This document shows positions 61,044 through 64,000 of a stretch of DNA of 64,000 bases, in pieces; positions within the stretch are counted from its first letter, which is position 1; each line of letters begins with the position of its first letter. The stretch spans positions 1 through 64,000 of the forward strand of contig JASANG010001546.1 of assembly GCA_030248215.1 (NCBI GenBank), in the 5' to 3' direction. The notes beneath the pieces were generated by a model, which saw only the letters and a program-made list of their open reading frames with translations, was not told the origin of the DNA and did no database searches. The translations under genes and the position numbers were made by a program. This DNA is from Enoplolaimus lenunculus. Its lineage: Eukaryota.

Positions 61044-63435
61044 TAGTACACGTAGTTGCACACATGTGCAACTGGACTAAGTCTTTTCCGGCCCATGACG
61101 ACTTTGTTTGTTACCTGAGCCCCTCGTATTTAACTTAACGAAGTTAAAAACTTTTTTGAAAAGCTGTAATGCTTTTCAGATATATGAACACATCCAGAAC
61201 AATAGGTATTCTCAATGCATACTCTTAATTTGCATATGCAACGTAAACAAAATCTATTGGAACGCTGCCCAAAATACGTATGTGGGATGTTCCAGCTTTA
61301 ATATATATATTTATATATATACGTATATACGTATAGATATTATATTGCGTCGTTTTCACAGAATCAAAAGCGAACTTGAAAAATTTTAATTAAACCAAGT
61401 GCTTCCCTGGGTTTTAACATAAACGTTAGTTACATTTTAAGGTTAAAATAAGGAACTGTACAGTAAAAAGGCGTTTTATTTTTGTGCCATAAGTTTTATT
61501 AAAATTAAATTTAACACTAATATCGCTCAGTAGCGAAAATCGATGTACGATTATATGATTGGCCAATTTTATCCTGATGCGTTAATAATGTTCGTCCAAA
61601 TCTAAGATTGCCACGGGAGCCGTCCGAGGAATATATATTGGGTTGGGGGTGGAAGTGGTGTTCATTGGAGAAAATTATAAACGCGAACGCTACAGTCATT
61701 TGTGTAAAAATGTTTAGGGAGACGCAAAACGACGCTGCTGGACGCACTCAGCCGCTACAAAATAAAAACTAGTTTAAAATTTGTGCCATGTAGGGTGCAA
61801 CCGGAAATACAATTTACCGGTATCGGAACCGGAACCCGAATTTGAAAAAATTACCTTAAATGGAACCGAAAGACGAAAAATACATGTCACCGAAAAATTT
61901 ACTTTTTTTGCAATATTATTCAGTGAAATAACCCTTGCTGAAGATAGGTACGTATTCATTTTATCTGCTGTATTTTAGATTTTCATAACCCACGGAAGCG
62001 AAATCTGCCTTCGATGACTTATTTTCGGCGATGGTCAAGGTTTGTATACAATACGAATATGACATCTATTTAATTTTTATCGTCATTTTTTAGTAAAATA
62101 CCTTAATTTCCACCGACCAAATTTTAATACCGCAATTTTTAATTTCAGTAAAAATTTACCGGAACCGAAACCGGGATGTGGAAACTGCCGGATCCGGTAT
62201 TCCGGTTGCACCCTGCGCACTCGTTTGCGGATTTGTTTATATTTTGATCAAATTAAGCATGCTCTAAGATACTGTTGTAAGTTGTAACGGACTGAATAAA
62301 TTAGCTGATTTTTTGCTTTTTCGAGAGTTAATTAATGTCGACGATTTACCAGCAATAAAGTTTTTACGAGTATTCATTTTGGTAATGCTTTAAAATTGTC
62401 AAAAAGTATAACGCCACCGTATATAAATAATTTTTAAATTTCGCTAACCGGTGTTATACACTTATTTCCGGCCGCACTGTCATTTATTTAATACTATTTT
62501 TATTAATACTCCGTTATTTTAAATTATATTCCTGGAAAAAAATGGTTTGTGTCGTTCCGGTTACATCCGCTACGTTCAACCGGTAAATTGGCCCCGGACG
62601 TATGTATCCTATATATATTTTAATATGTATATTTGTATCTCCATGTATTCAAATATTTCAGTGTTAGATATTTATTTGAAATAAATTCTACTTAACGCCT
62701 GTGGCATTTTGATTAAGTCATTAAAGTTAGCAGCAGCAAGCAGCCTGTTCGGCCTCAAAATCTACTTAACTACTATAAGTACGACGTGTAATGCCTGGGT
62801 TGTTGTAAAGGTATAAGCAAGCAAGTATGATTAGGCGAAAGTTCAAACCTAATAATAATAATAATAATATTAAACCGCTTTCAGGCAATCTTCTATAAAT
62901 TCAAACAAAATATATATACTACTTTTATACGCAAAATTATTGTCAAAATATGGCAAATTTACTTGTAAAATAGGTATATTTGTAGTAGTAGTAGTAGTAG
63001 GTACCCGAGAAGACTACTCGATAGCGAGGTTAACGTAGCTTCGACGATGCTCGTTAATTCGTTGCTAAAATGAATTTAGCAAATAATTTTTCAGTTGCTT
63101 TCTCTCGAAATTAAAATGTTTTCAACGAACGAAACGATTCGAAGGAATTTATTTGTGTCTCTCGGCACAAACTTGACCGGTTGATAATTTAGTTTTACGA
63201 ATTAGCGCAGTTGTTTTGTTGTGAGTTTAGGAATAAAAGATTGTATATTTATTTTATAATAACATTATAATTTTTATAATTTTATATTTTCTCAATAATA
63301 TGTACGCGTTTTTGTTGTACGTGTTTAATTTGTTTTGAGTAATTGCTTAAAGTAGAAAATATACCTATATACTACGTATTGCTAGAAGCCAGGGGCAGAG
63401 CTTAAATTTTAATTTGAAACACTATAGCTATAATG

Positions 63436-63775
63436 CAGGGTTCCAACAGTATTCGGATTCCGGCTAAAATTCCGATAAAATTTGGGTTCCGGTTCCGACT
63501 GACGGCTATTCTGATGCCGGAATTGCGGAATTCTTGGTTATAATTTTTAAAGGTGATTGAAGTTTACGGGAACGCGAATTATTGCGCTGATTATACCAAA
63601 TGTGAATGCCTATATATAACCAATTTTTACCGAACTACGAACAAAAGTCATACTGTTTACTTTTGAATAGAATTACTGAAACTTAAATTCATATTCCGAT
63701 TCCGGTTCCGGTTCCGCCAGAAAAATATGATTCCGATTCCGCTTCCGACAAAATAAACGTCCGATTGGAACCCTG
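63436..63775. mobile_element. hAT-like MITE (CAGGGTTCCAA / TTGGAACCCTG)
   Basis: Perfect 8-bp TSD CTATAATG. Confidence 0.88.
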
Positions 63776-64000
63776 CTATAATGTTATGTGAAAATTATTC
63801 TTGAGTTCAACGACAAATTGAAAATATTTTGTATTACCTGTGAAAAGTGTTATTTTTTCTTCAACAATTTCGATATGGGATAAATCTCTTGTATATTTCG
63901 CTGCTAGAATCAATAGTGGATGGTCACTCTTTCTTTGGCAACAAGAGTACGTATGCAACTGGGTACATTCAGTGTGGGAAACAAAATACTCGGTGCCCAA

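Overview
AT-rich, intron-rich eukaryotic (invertebrate animal) genomic DNA, not prokaryotic. TTTCAG/TTTTAG-type acceptors and abundant TTAGGC repeats suggest a nematode-like genome, but this is inference. Four protein-coding genes were reconstructed by hand with phase-consistent splice sites: (1) the first coding exon of a phosphorylase kinase gamma subunit gene (minus strand, runs off the left edge); (2) a complete 10-exon PAPS transporter 2 / SLC35B3 gene (minus, 5880-19136, 433 aa); (3) a complete 23-exon SARA/endofin (ZFYVE9/16-family) FYVE gene (plus, 25338-38614, 1230 aa); (4) a large first coding exon of an unidentified gene (plus, 54858-56699) with a 17-aa repeat. The rest is packed with short non-autonomous TIR elements of several end/TSD types, Helitron-like and tRNA-like repeats, and tandem arrays. 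No transposase ORF was seen. Highlights: a high-density MITE family carrying variable TTAGGC telomere-type repeats (GGCC ends, 8-bp TSDs); a 10 x 56-bp array that multiplies an SLC35B3 splice donor; a MITE whose TSD contains the SLC35B3 stop codon; a probable GC-AG intron and an apparently missing Smad-binding motif in the SARA-like gene; and a 37-bp palindrome-bearing satellite. Most ORF-track ORFs are repeat artefacts.
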